Assembly: GCF_001194135.2 (NCBI RefSeq)
Contig: NC_068997.1
Span: 17,181,611 to 17,225,784, forward strand
Length of the DNA: 44,174 bases
Direction of reading: 5' to 3'
From: Octopus bimaculoides
Taxonomy: Eukaryota
In this document: positions 26,277-38,579 of the stretch, one piece after another
Layout: each line of letters starts with the position of its first letter
Position numbering within the stretch: the stretch's first letter is position 1
Position numbers and translations under genes: made by a program
The notes under the pieces: generated by a model
What the model was told of the DNA's origin: nothing
The model's database searches: none
Seen by the model: the letters and a program-made list of their open reading frames with translations, nothing else

Positions 26277-26460
26277 GTGAGAGGACAGTACATACCATAA
26301 AATTGACACGGGGTTACACATACACGGGGTTACACATACACGGGGTTACACATACACGAAGCCCAGTATACCCATCATGACTACCCGTCTGATAAGGGTA
26401 TACCAAGCACATGTATCACAACCATAGGTGCGCGAAATAGTGATATCATATCAAGATATT
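26270..26460 (-). mobile_element. Probable 3' end of a non-LTR retroposon with (TAA)n tail
   Basis: (tta)n-agtgagaggacagtacatacc...gaagcccagtatacccatcatgactacccgtctgataagggt...atatcaagata matches an abundant octopus repeat as I recall it. The triplet tail polarity implies the minus strand; class not verifiable here. Confidence 0.5.
26306..26358. repeat. 16-bp tandem repeat ACACGGGGTTACACAT, 3.3 perfect copies
   Basis: Units at 26306-26321, 26322-26337 and 26338-26353, plus partial ACACG. Confidence 0.95.
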
Positions 26461-26970
26461 GTTTGAGTTTATGTGACCCGGTAACTTATTGCACTACTTT
26501 TTAATGTAGCAACCCTTCGGTCGTATCCTCTTCTTTCTTGTTCCCACACCAGTCATGGAGGTCATGCGATATCATCGGCTCTACTTTTGTACTCTAACTA
26601 AATCACTCTCTATTGTTTATTTGTCCCCAACAAATACAATACTGATAGGAAAAACTGTGAAACATTTCCAAATGATTATGATACACAGTTGCTTCATACA
26701 ACACAATTGTACTTGCGCTCTACAAACTAATCCGAAATTAAAATTTTGAAGTTATGAAATCATCAATAAGCTATATTTATTAGCATTTATGCAGCGTCCT
26801 TTTACTAACTGCTTTGAAATCATTTAGAAAAGTAGTTGTTCTTAGACACGTACGTGTTATCGTCGTTTATCCTTCAGTAGACGATTACTGTACTTGAAGT
26901 AGTGACATGTCTAGTTTAGCTTACCTATATTTCCAAGTATTCATTAAGAAATTCTTCTTCAATATGGAAA

Positions 26971-26984
26971 GATAGATAGGCAGG

Positions 26985-27070
<86 letters not shown>
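26971..27070. repeat. (GATA)n-(GA)n compound microsatellite
   Basis: Directly visible. Confidence 0.95.
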
Positions 27071-27076
<6 letters not shown>

Positions 27077-27393
27077 AGAGAAGATTTTGGCCTTTGTACA
27101 TTTCTGGATCTTAAACTGTAAGATAATCAATATGTTGTTTAGAATTGATGCAGAGGTAAATTTAGATGGATTTACTTATACACAATGCCGTCGACATTCC
27201 AGTGCTTCGGTGTCCCAAGTTCTCAAGGTTTCCCATTAATCTGTATTACTCTGCAGACACTCAAGCAAATCCTGTGTCACGTATCTCTGGAGCGTCTCAG
27301 TAGGAAGAGACACTACTTATAAGATACGTTTTACAGTAGGCCTGCTTGTTGAAGGCTTACAAAAGAGTGAACAACACCAGTAATCACGGCAGT

Positions 27394-27505
27394 GAAGAAG
27401 AGGAGGAGGAGGAGGAAGAAGAAGAAGAAGAAGAAGAAGAAGAAGAAGAAGAAGAAGAAGAAGAAGAAGAAGAAGAAGAAGAAGAAGAAGAAGAAAAAGA
27501 AGAAG
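27394..27505. repeat. (GAG)n-(GAA)n purine tract
   Basis: Directly visible; source of the poly-F ORF 27331..27558. Confidence 0.95.
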
Positions 27506-27986
27506 ATCAACAACAGCGGTAACAACAACAACAAAAGTGAACTTAGGTTTAATATCAAATGCTATGTATAACTAATTTCACTTACTGTTTTGACGTTTCA
27601 ATGCTATCCTTATCTGAAACTGTGATAGATATACGTATTTTCCGGGGTTAACCAAGGCGTAAATATTAAGCAATTAAGTAGATTTATCGTATTTGAAAGA
27701 GATAAATACAATTAATTTCATTTCATTTAGCGCGAAGATTATATAATTTCTTGAATCCAGATATAGGAAAACTTTGTATCCATATCGACCACTGGAGTAT
27801 TTGTTGCAGAAGTCAATCATACTGAGCCAGTAAGCAAAGCCGTTCTGTATAATAAATGATACATGATATAGCTTATCTTCTAAAGCGAAAATAATTATTC
27901 CTTTTTCCATAGCAGGATGGTCAGTTTTAGAAAGGCCTAAGCAGTTCAGTCAAATTCATTATCTCCATCCCTTAATAAAAATATAT

Positions 27987-28140
27987 TACTGGTCATTAAT
28001 TTATTGACTTGGAGGAACGAAACAATGCTATAAAATCGATCCCGATGGAATTTGAATTCAAAATCTATAAGAATGAAAATAATAGTTTAAGGAAATTTAG
28101 TCGGACATCCCGCTAGTTTAAATGGTTTCTGTCAACTCTT
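27987..28140 (-). mobile_element. SINE family A, highly degraded copy
   Basis: tactggtcattaatttattgac ... aaatcgatcccgatggaatttgaattcaaaa ... ggtttctgtcaactc has the same motif order as 39281-39423. Confidence 0.55.
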
Positions 28141-28941
28141 CTGGGACTCTGAGACAAAAGACTTATTTATTTATGCAATTTAAGCAAGAGATTTACCATT
28201 AAGTCACGGTCACGCTTTTGAGATGCATTTAAATCTTCTCTAGATTGATATCATATCAGTCTGATTAGGTTTAACTATAGGAAAGATAACACCATTTTCT
28301 TTCCAGTAAAATTTATAATAGAATAGGTTATGAAATTTATCTACGTTAATGCAGGAGCCGCAACGTCTAATCATGCGTACACATGCGTAAATAAATGAAC
28401 ACATATGCATACATATATTCATTTATATATCCCTTTCTTCAAACTCATAAACATATACATGCATATTCATTAATATATTAATAAACTCTGTCCCTCGCAC
28501 ATATATTCGCAAAAGTAAACATTGTTATGTTAGTTATATATTTAGGCATGAACAAATGCGAAGTCATACACATTGGTGCATCAGTTTAGAGATATGACCG
28601 TTAGCTTATATGTATGCTTAGGAAAGTAAACAGACATATATACATACGTATATGTACATATAGATATGTCTGTGTAAGTGTGCGTGTGTGTGTGTTTGTC
28701 TGCGTGTGTGTGCATAGAAAATCTGTATATTGCCATCAAAATTAATATCTATAGACTTATCTATACAACTCTCTGTCTCTTTCTCTCTCTCTATCTCTCT
28801 CTTCATCTTTCATTAACTTCCGCATCTGTAAATATATGAGTGTGTGTATGAATATGTTCACACATATATCATATATGTGTGTGTATTCGTGTTTATATAA
28901 GCATATAAGCATATTTAGACATAAGACTATATACATACATA

Positions 28942-28994
<53 letters not shown>

Positions 28995-29982
28995 CGAATA
29001 AATAAAATACTATGCACACGCATGCACATACTCAAGGATATATGCATAGAATCATACATACATACGTACGTACGTACGTATGTACATACATGCATATATA
29101 TATATATATACATATATGGATACGTATGTATGTATATTGTGTAATGAAAATCTAATTAGAATGAATAGATGAGAAGATAAATATTCGATTAGAACTTCAA
29201 AGCGATATACGACACAAGGTTTTAATATATAATATTAATTCAGTGAATTACGAGAGTCCTTGTATTATTCAATGTTTGAAGTGTTTGATAATGTTACAGA
29301 TTGAAGTTAAATCAGTGCAGCTTTTCAGAAGACCCCCATTTAAATCAACACCACGTTGTTTGGGAACGACTTAATTTATTCTTGTTGTTCACGTCGTTGT
29401 TTTTCGTGTTGATGATTTTGTTGTTGTTATTGTTGTTGTTGTTGTTGTTGTTACCGTTGTTTATGATCTAGGCTATGTTTTGGCTGTCGTTTGTTTTTCT
29501 GGTTCTTGTTATCTTCTATTAGTAAAAAAAATAAATAAACAAACGAATAAAATAAAAACTTGATCATTGTATTGTGTTATGTACTGAAAACTTCAGCTAA
29601 TTATTTTATTATCACCATACTGCCCTTGTATGTATGTCTCATTAACGAAGCCTTGGCGTAAATGTTTTGCAGTTTTTTTTCGCATTCGTCCCCTTTAACA
29701 ATTATAGTTTCAATATCATCTGTGTAACTAAGCAATATATATACATACATACATATATATATNNNNNNNNNNNNNNNNNNNNNNNNNNNNNNNNNNNNNN
29801 NNNNNNNNNNNNNNNNNNNNNNNNNNNNNNNNNNNNNNNNNNNNNNNNNNNNNNNNNNNNNNNNNNNNNNNNNNNNNNNNNNNNNNNNNNNNNNNNNNNN
29901 NNNNNNNNNNNNNNNNNNNNNNNNNNNNNNNNNNNNNNNNNNNNNNNNNNNNNNNNNNNNNNNNNNNNNNNNNNNNNNNNNN

Positions 29983-30036
<54 letters not shown>

Positions 30037-30196
30037 AATATATATATATATTATATATGCATGGATGCATGTATGTGTGTATTTATGTGTGTATGTATAT
30101 ATCTAATTATGTGTTGACAGATACTTACATAGACATACATGCATAAATATACACACACGCATATATATATATATCGAAATATCTCAGGGTATAAAC

Positions 30197-30452
30197 CAGG
30201 GGTTCCCAAATTTTTAGGGTTGCCACCCTCTTGGCACGCTGGCTGCCATCCTAGCGTCCCCACCCCATTTACAACCACGAAAATAGACCACTCTCTGCAT
30301 TAAATTCGAAATAACCGTTTTTCAAATCTACGATTTAACCCAATTAACGCTTTCGGTCACGCCATTGTCGTCCCCACTTTTCTTCGAAGCCCTGCCTCAT
30401 AGATTTTTCCACCTTCCTCATAAGGGAGTACCGCCCACTCTGTATACCACTA
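30197..30452. mobile_element. hAT (Charlie-like) non-autonomous element / MITE
   Basis: Left end CAGGGGTTCCCAAA is a Charlie-type TIR; the right end ...ctctgtataccacta is degenerate. 8-bp flanks gtataaac (30189-30196) and gtataaat (30453-30460) match 7/8 and fit the NTNTANAN target pattern. Confidence 0.55.
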
Positions 30453-30485
30453 GTATAAATGTTTCTAATGTATAAATGTATGCGT

Positions 30486-30820
30486 AAAGAGCAAAGACCC
30501 CTTAAGTCATGAATAACCGTAGGATTGCATCTAGAAAGTTCCCCTCCCAAGTACAAGTCCGGGAAAAACTTATCTACGGAAGACCAACAGTCGCCCATGC
30601 ATACCAGCTTCCCGTCTCCACCCACCAATGTTATTCAAGGGAAAGGCAAGGGCCGATACAGCTTGGCACCAGTGACATCGCAGCTCTTTTGTACAGCTGA
30701 GTGAACTGGAGCAAAGATACAAATGTTTTGCTCAAGAACACAACACAAAGCGCGGTCCGGGAATCGAACTTACTACCACATGATTGTGAGCCCAACGCTC
30801 TAACCATTGAGCCAAGTGCC
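30486..30820 (-). mobile_element. SINE family C, full-length tRNA-derived SINE (335 bp)
   Basis: Minus strand starts ggcacttggctcaatggttagagcgttgggctcacaatcatgtggtagtaagttcgattcccggacc (A-box TGGCTCAATGG, B-box GTTCGATTCCC), followed by about 270 bp of non-tRNA body. Degenerate TSD aaatgtatgcgt (30474-30485) / aaatgaatacgcgt (30821-30834). Confidence 0.85.
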
Positions 30821-30834
30821 AAATGAATACGCGT

Positions 30835-31588
30835 CTTGTAAAGTTCATCGGTATCTAGTTACCACACAAATCTCTCTTGGACCAGTGACCGCTCTTTTCA
30901 GTACCTCTTTTGTACAGAAATGTTCATTTCTATATAAGCTCGCTCACTTCGTTTGACTTTTTTTACGTTAATCTCGTAACCACTGCGTTTTTCATCGAAG
31001 CTTTTTGGAAACTTTTTGACAACACCGGCTGAACGAACTTTGCACATATTTTGCACATGTTCAGATCTTCATGAATAATGCTGTGTCTAGTCACCACACC
31101 AACTGCTAAACGTATGTTTATTTTTTTTTCATAGACACATGACGGTCGTCATCCAAAACATAGCGAATTTGCTCAGCCTCCTCTAACGTTCTGGCAAGCA
31201 TTTCCCTCTCACACTTCTCACATTATTGTAACTCTTATATTTCACCTTTTCTCTACCACCCTTCAACCTCTTATGCCTTGAATCATGAGCAGTCTGGGCC
31301 ATTTCATAATTTCCTGTAGTTATTTTACCCACTTTAACACAATACTTGAATGACCAGTGAGTTTCCAAACGTCCCAACTGCATTCTACAAACATGGTAGC
31401 TGTAAAAAAAAAAAAAAAAAGAAGTATTTAGAAGGGTGAATTCAAAGTATTTTTACAACCGTCTCCTTCAATCTGGAAAGCAAAAGTCGGCAGGTCAGCT
31501 TATTAGATGTGTAATAATGAAATACTAAAATTACAATAACTTAGAACACTTATAACTGCTCTCTGAAACAAATTTCAAAACTTCCGGA
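30835..31588 (-). mobile_element. Mariner (Tc1/mariner) DNA transposon, 5' half, decayed
   Basis: TIR-like end CGAGGTGCAGTCCGGAAGTTTTGAAATT (minus, 31588 inward), plus the transposase remnants described in the next feature. Confidence 0.8.
30845..31383 (-). pseudogene. Mariner transposase pseudogene (HTH region to first catalytic motif)
   Basis: Manual translation across frameshifts gives KYCVKVGKITTGNYEM...HKRLKGGREKVK, IRYVLDDDRHVSM, HSIIHEDLNMCKICAKFVQPVL and LKRAVTGP. These match the mariner pattern KFCVKLGK.ATET.EM / HKRFKEGRE / DRR.T / IIHEDL.MRKICAKFVP / VTGDE; stops and frameshifts are present. Confidence 0.85.
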
Positions 31589-31705
31589 CTGCACCTCGAG
31601 TGTGTGTATACATATGTGTGCGTGTGTGTGTTTACATCTTTACGCACATACATATGTCTGCATAGGTGCATGTGCATTTACTTGTGTATGTACACAAACA
31701 CAAAC

Positions 31706-31706
31706 A

Positions 31707-31739
<33 letters not shown>

Positions 31740-31808
31740 GAGAGAGACAGAAACAGAGAGAGAGAGACAGAGACAGAGAGAGAGAGACAGAGACAGAGAG
31801 AGAGAGAG
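31706..31808. repeat. (GA)n with GAGACA interruptions
   Basis: Directly visible. Confidence 0.9.
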
Positions 31809-31919
31809 GTGGGGTTCATATAAGTATTTAAATCTAGAAATTCTATTACTATTTCATTAATTCTCATAGCACAAAGTCTTAGGAGACATCTAAATAACTT
31901 ATCAATTTTATAAATGCCT

Positions 31920-31986
31920 GTTATTATTATTATCATTATTATTATTATCATTATTATCATCATCATTATTATTATTATTATTATTA

Positions 31987-32026
<40 letters not shown>

Positions 32027-32027
32027 C
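31920..32027. repeat. (TTA)n/(TCA)n trinucleotide array
   Basis: Directly visible. Confidence 0.9.
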
Positions 32028-32451
32028 AGCAGCAGCAGTAGCATCGTCATCATCCGCTTCATTACGGTTTTTAATAATATTTTTTTATATATTTATAGCG
32101 TATATTTAAAGATTTTACTCGAAGAAGAAAACAGTTCGCTTTTAACTTTATAATTAGTATTGATATAAAGAGATATAAATTCACTTATATCTCTCTTCAT
32201 CGATGTTAGACATAGTTACATATTCCTGTTAACATCTGTGTGTGTATTTTTGTGTTCTTTCATGTAAATTCTCTCTCTCCCTCTCTTCATTTCTCTTGCT
32301 CACATACACGCATGCGTATGCTAGACATCAGCCAAGCAACACAGGTTTTGTTCATCTATATGTGTTTTTACCCAATGCGAATAGATAAAACTAAAAAGAA
32401 AAAAAAAAACTACTCGTTGCTATAAGTTACCTGTAAGCGAATTAAACGAAT

Positions 32452-32777
32452 GCTGTGTGGTAAGAAGCTTGCTTTCCAACCACATGGTTCGGGGTTCAGT
32501 CCCACTGCGTGGCAACTTGAGCAAGTGCCTTCTACTACAGCTTCGGGCCGACCAAAGCTTTGAGAGTGAATTTGTATCTGTGATTCTCCTCCCACCATCA
32601 CTTGACAACCGATGTTGGTGTGTTTATGTCCCTGTAACTTAGCTGTTCGGCAAAAGAGACCTATATAATAAGTACCAGGCTTACAAAGAATTAACCCGGG
32701 GGTCGATTATTTTTTTCTAATTAAAAAGGCGATGCGGCAGCCTGGCCACAGTCAAAATAACTGAAACAAGTAAAAGA
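32452..32777 (+). mobile_element. SINE family B, near full-length, lacking the internal microsatellite segment
   Basis: tRNA-like head gctgtgtggtaagaagcttgctttccaaccacatggttcggggttcagtccc (B-box-like), then the family B body and gaaacaagtaaaaga tail. Confidence 0.9.
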
Positions 32778-32933
32778 AGGACAGACTACTGCGTAACGAA
32801 ACTGCGGAATGTTTATCATTTTCTGGAAGCTACGCTATTGCGCAGGTCTGTACATGTAGACATTTTGGTGATTGTTCACTTCATCAACCACCGTAGAACA
32901 TTTGTATAGTATGTGTGTGTGTGTGTATGTGTG

Positions 32934-32965
<32 letters not shown>

Positions 32966-34796
32966 ATGTTAATAGTCTTACTTAATGCATGTGATCCTAG
33001 AAAATTCTATGTCAAAATGTATAACTTTGGATATGTAATTATTTATGATTTCCTAATAACCGTTGCACACATTGATGACTATGTAAGTTATTTTTCTGAA
33101 GTATACATTCTTGTGCTTCCTACAATAATGAAGGTATTTAAATCTACATTTTAGAGAACTATAATAAACTGTTGTAAGTCGTCTGTTAATCAGAAACATC
33201 CGACTTCTGAAAACATATTTTAAATTTATAATAATGTTTCGAAACCAGACACCAAGCAACGGCAATGAAAGAGAAAGAGAAAGAGAAAGAGAGAGGAACC
33301 AGTTCAATAAATCGACGTTGTTTAATTGATACATTTTTTTTTGTTGACATTATTATATTTTATTGTCCATGACGGTGGGGGCGAATACAGACAAGTTTGA
33401 ATGGATTTCAACATAATAAGACGTTAATGACATAATCATTTCGCCATTTCGCCCGGTTTGCTCCTGAGCCTGTTATCTGCTAATCCAAAATTAGTATCTA
33501 GTGGAAATTGTACAACTGTTGTGTAAAGCGTTAATAGTCTCCACAGTAAATTGGCAGTGAATACAGCCTTTTACGCAAATCAAGTATGTCCGAAAACATA
33601 TTTGAACTGATCTAAATGTTTGTTTACTCGCACCACTGCTTTCGGGTGCCCACAACAATATTTTGTTCAGCAAGGGCCGGTGTCGCATTTTTCAGCTCAT
33701 TTTTAGATGCTGATACTCTATAAAGGAACGAAAGATTCCAAAGTCCTTTCAGAACTGCATCTTGTGCGATACTATAAATCACATTGATCTACGGGAATAA
33801 TTCTTAATTTTCTATTAGTTAAATTCGGGAAGGGTTAATTAGTTTATAACTACTATGTTGTGTGCTAGATGTTGATGTTTATGTTTTTCATGTTATTTAA
33901 ACTCATTTGCAATCTCACAAAGAAAAACCCAACCATATGACCAAAACTGTTCTAACCGTAGTCCTCCTGTCTAGTTCTCTCTGGAACAATATATCTGGGA
34001 TTACATAACCCAAGATGTCGTTCTTCTTTTAGTATCAGAGCGATATTTGTTTCGTGAGAGAATTGATTATTCTTTCCAGCAAGTCGAGTGCTTCTCCATT
34101 AAATCGTCTCAGTTCTGTTTAAATTTACGGAGAAACTTAGCTGCGTACTCAAACATTACGCCATTCAATCTTGTGTAACTATAACAGGATTCTGTTACAA
34201 AATTACATGGAATATTTCGGTGTTCTGGCATTTGTTTTATGTACATAATGCAATAGACTTATCGTTATCTCAGTTTAAAGAAAGAAATAGTATATAAAAC
34301 TTTCATTAGCTAATTGACTCTCATACAACACTGAGGTTACTTCGTGTTTATAGGCAAGCTACTAAATTCTACATACCCTCCTTCATCTAATTAAGGGGAA
34401 AATGGTACTATACTTAAGTAAAGAGGGTCACCGGGCATAGATTGCCTTCTTATCATTTGCTGTAGATCTAAATCTCAACCGTTTTAACGCCCTGAAACAA
34501 GACCTAAGCACTTTGCATAAGAGCCGCCCCCGACTTGAAAACGGTTCTAAATAAACTAAAATTAAATATATACACCGACTAATGAGACAAACTAAATAAA
34601 TACATGAAAAAATAAATTAATATATAAATATAACTCGAAACATTTACTCATTAAATTAAATCCGAAACAACTCGTAATCTGAACATAGTCAATTAATTAT
34701 CAACGTATATTATTTTATCAGCGAAACTTAATATTATTATCATCTCTGTTCCTAACAAACAGTTCTCTTTTAAATAGAATCGTTTATTTATGGAAA

Positions 34797-34837
<41 letters not shown>

Positions 34838-35407
34838 AAAGAAAACAGAAAAAATACACATACGTCTATGTGCGTAGATAATAAAGCAATAAGAAACAAA
34901 ACGAACAGATTTCAATAAATTTTACTCATATATATATACATATATATATNNNNNNNNNNNNNNNNNNNNNNNNNNNNNNNNNNNNNNNNNNNNNNNNNNN
35001 NNNNNNNNNNNNNNNNNNNNNNNNNNNNNNNNNNNNNNNNNNNNNNNNNNNNNNNNNNNNNNNNNNNNNNNNNNNNNNNNNNNNNNNNNNNNNNNNNNNN
35101 NNNNNNNNNNNNNNNNNNNNNNNNNNNNNNNNNNNNNNNNNNNNNNNNNNNNNNNNNNNNNNNNNNNNNNNNNNNNNNNNNNNNNNNNNNNNNNNNNNNN
35201 NNNNNNNNNNNNNNNNNNNNNNNNNNNNNNNNNNNNNNNNNNNNNNNNNNNNNNNNNNNNNNNNNNNNNNNNNNNNNNNNNNNNNNNNNNNNNNNNNNNN
35301 NNNNNNNNNNNNNNNNNNNNNNNNNNNNNNNNNNNNNNNNNNNNNNNNNNNNNNNNNNNNNNNNNNNNNNNNNNNNNNNNNNNNNNNNNNNNNNNNNNNN
35401 NNNNNNN

Positions 35408-35441
<34 letters not shown>

Positions 35442-35764
35442 AGTCTGTGTTTATGTCTGTATGCATGTATGTATGAATATATGCTTGGATGTGTGTATAT
35501 ATATATATATATATGTATATACGCATGTATGTATACACAAAACAAATCTAAAATAATCGTTTCACTAGTGTCTAGCTTCCTTCCCTTTTTGGCCTAACTA
35601 AAATAAACTTTGCTCGTTTATGTAATTGGATGGATTTAATAGCTAATCGCCATCTTCCGTTCGTGTTTAACATAATTTTTATGTTACAAGTTTAGATTTG
35701 CATTCAGAGTGTCTATATGCGGGTGGCTGTATGTGTGTGTGTGTGTGTGTGTAAATTAATGTTC

Positions 35765-35816
<52 letters not shown>

Positions 35817-36154
35817 GTATATATATATCCATCTCTTTGCATTACTGTATGTGTATATGTATTCAATGGCTTCTATATATGTGTTTGTTCCTTTCTGCAC
35901 GCGTAGTTTACATGATTAATATGATTAATATTATCATTAATATTATCCTTTTTATTAATTTTCATGTTATTGTTATTGTTTTGCTTATAGGTATTGCTGT
36001 CGTGGTTGTGACTCGTTATTCTTGTTGTTTTGTATTTAATAGTATTTCCTTATTATGTAGATTAATTTTCCAAAGTACTTTGACTAATTGCCAAAAGCAG
36101 TAAAATAGACGCACAAGTCTCTTACCTAACAATCTAATAGGAATAGACACTTAG

Positions 36155-36155
<1 letters not shown>

Positions 36156-36225
<70 letters not shown>
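36156..36225. repeat. (CA)n microsatellite
   Basis: Directly visible. Confidence 0.95.
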
Positions 36226-36228
<3 letters not shown>

Positions 36229-36938
36229 ATGCCAGGATACAGACAACCACGAATGAGAGAAACAATCACATATATAAGCATGTGAATACGTCTGTCTCTA
36301 TGTATTGAGACACACACACATACACACACACACACATACACACGTATACATATGTATATAGGCATATATTTATATGTACACTAATTAATACTAATTGCAA
36401 TTATACGCGCTGATACACTAAATGTTCTACACACTTGTAAGCTGACATAGAGACATCCAGCGGATATAAGCAAACATATGATTACAGGCGTGTTTTCTGG
36501 CACATCCTCTCACATATATTCACTTCCACATCTATTTATTAGGCTTCATAAGCTCCACAATTAACCCTTATGCTTATATAGCAATATGTATACTAGTTCT
36601 TGTTTTAATCTTCTATTATAAACCCACTCATGATTTTGACACTTCATAGACGCATTAATCGACGACAATTGTTGACTGCAGCTGTATTTTACCGCCACCT
36701 GACGATTGTTAGGCAAATTTGAACTTGAATGCTGGTAACAATACACCACAGTGATGTTCATCGTGATTGTCGCTATAATGGTTCTGACATAACATCGTAT
36801 ATTAGGGTGGGAAAGTAAATATTTGATGACATAAATGTGAGAAGTTATCCATTCCTGATTAGTGTGAAGGCCACTTATACTCCATAGCACATTTGACTAT
36901 GTTACGAACACCGCATAATCTACACTATCTTTACATTT

Positions 36939-37125
36939 TACTCTTTTACTTGTTTCAGTCATTTGACTGTGGCCATGCTGGAGCACCGCCTTTAGTCGAG
37001 CAAATCGACCACAGGACTTATTCTTTTGTAAGCCTAGTACTTATTCTATCGATCTCTTTTGCCGAACCGCTAGGTTAAGTGGACGGAAATACACCAGCAT
37101 CGGTTGTCAAGAGATGTTGGGGGGG
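36939..37125 (-). mobile_element. SINE family B 3' half, well conserved; continues into a gap and (CA)n
   Basis: tactcttttacttgtttcagtcatttgactgtggccatgctggagcaccgcctttagtcgagcaaatcgacc...gccgaaccgctag...ccagcatcggttgtcaag is a close reverse complement of 7995-8169. Confidence 0.92.
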
Positions 37126-37282
37126 NNNNNNNNNNNNNNNNNNNNNNNNNNNNNNNNNNNNNNNNNNNNNNNNNNNNNNNNNNNNNNNNNNNNNNNNNNN
37201 NNNNNNNNNNNNNNNNNNNNNACACACACACACACACACACACACACATGCACGCACGCACACACACACACTGTCTCTCTCT

Positions 37283-37335
<53 letters not shown>

Positions 37336-37448
37336 GAACGCACATATATTCAGTGATACGCTATATATATGTATACATGTACGTAGGTGAAAATATGAAT
37401 ATAAGCGTTTACATATATACACGATTTAAGGTGTATATGTGTAATGTT

Positions 37449-37487
<39 letters not shown>

Positions 37488-38193
37488 TCAAGCATACACA
37501 AATATACACATAACCCCCATGTATGTGTATCGGCTGTTTAATTCGATATAGTTTTTGTAAATCTATATTTGAAACATATGGTTATTTAACTGGAAAATCT
37601 TGCCACAGTTTATAAGTAACAAAGAGAGAGCGAGATTGGGAGAGGGAGAAAGATTACAATGAGACGAAAGAGAGGGAGGGAGAGAGATATTACAATGAGA
37701 CGAGAGAGAGAGGGGTGAATAGTCTTCTTCAAGGGAGAGAACCGCTTCAGGTTTTATATATATATCATATATTTTGACTTCCGTTGAGAGATCTGTCAAA
37801 ATTAAATTCGAACCTAATCAAATCCTTATGTAGTTCTGCATTGGAAATGTCATCTCGCTGATTTCACATGAATTACAAAATCGCATGTTTTCGTTGTTCT
37901 CAATGGCGTTATTATTAATAATTAGTAGATATATTTTACTGTACCATTACTCAATCAAGGATTACTCGTAAAAGTTTAGCGTATCATGTCATCTGACTAC
38001 TTACTAATTGATTTACCAGTGTATTGAATAACAACTCACTTGGCTGCCGATAATCGTAAATGAATTCTGACGACAGCGTTTCAAGTAGCGTAATTGTTTA
38101 TCGCGAGTAACTGTCTTCTCTATATGGTATTTTACCCTGAGGATTTTCACAAATGAAATAAGGAAAATAAGATTTAATTCATTTGCATAATAA

Positions 38194-38239
38194 AAGATTA
38201 AGTTATTCTGCTTAATATAGTGATTGGAAACTTGCACTA
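38194..38239 (+). repeat. 46-bp dispersed direct repeat, copy 1 (copy 2 at 40775-40820)
   Basis: aagattaagttattctgcttaatatagtgattggaaacttgcacta versus aagattaagttattttgcttaatatagtgattggaaatttgcacta: 2 mismatches in 46. Confidence 0.9.
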
Positions 38240-38579
38240 AGAAGATATAGTTAAAAAAATTAGATAATTCTCTTATTTTTTTCTTTATGTTACTTTTTCA
38301 GGAAAAACTTCCTGCAATTAGGTCATGACAGTCTGAGATGTTTACAGAGTGATCAGTTAGGGCTATACTGTTGAAGACCATCTTCAGGTTTGACATGTTC
38401 ATTCATATTCACAGTCGAAACTGCGACTAGCGAAGGATTTTTACGATTTATTGGTCAAAGATATGTTTACGTTTTGGAAACTTGAAGTTCATTATACACG
38501 AAGATTAAAATGAGCTCTATATCCATAAAAAGAATAAAGTTCTGTGGAGAATTAGTTTGACTTAAAATAATTTGCCTAG

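Noticed and set aside
26306-26358. CRISPR-like short repeats (also 40599-40648, 19599-19640, 12539-12583, 37653-37703)
   Set aside because: Two or three head-to-tail units without unique spacers, no cas genes, and a eukaryotic context; simple tandem duplications.
30750-30820. tRNA gene-like sequence (CAC in an anticodon-like loop); similar heads at 32452, 39423 and 40084
   Set aside because: Stems pair poorly and each continues into a SINE body or tail; these are SINE heads, not tRNA genes.
34466-34554. Possible terminal exon LNLNRFNALKQDLSTLHKSRPRLENGSK* after a tgtag acceptor, with AATAAA at the stop
   Set aside because: Only 29 codons, unrecognised, and no supporting upstream exon; within chance expectation.
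38370-38430. ccatcttcagg and gtcgaaac as a second Penelope/hammerhead signature
   Set aside because: The two half-motifs lie on opposite strands and in the wrong order to form a hammerhead.
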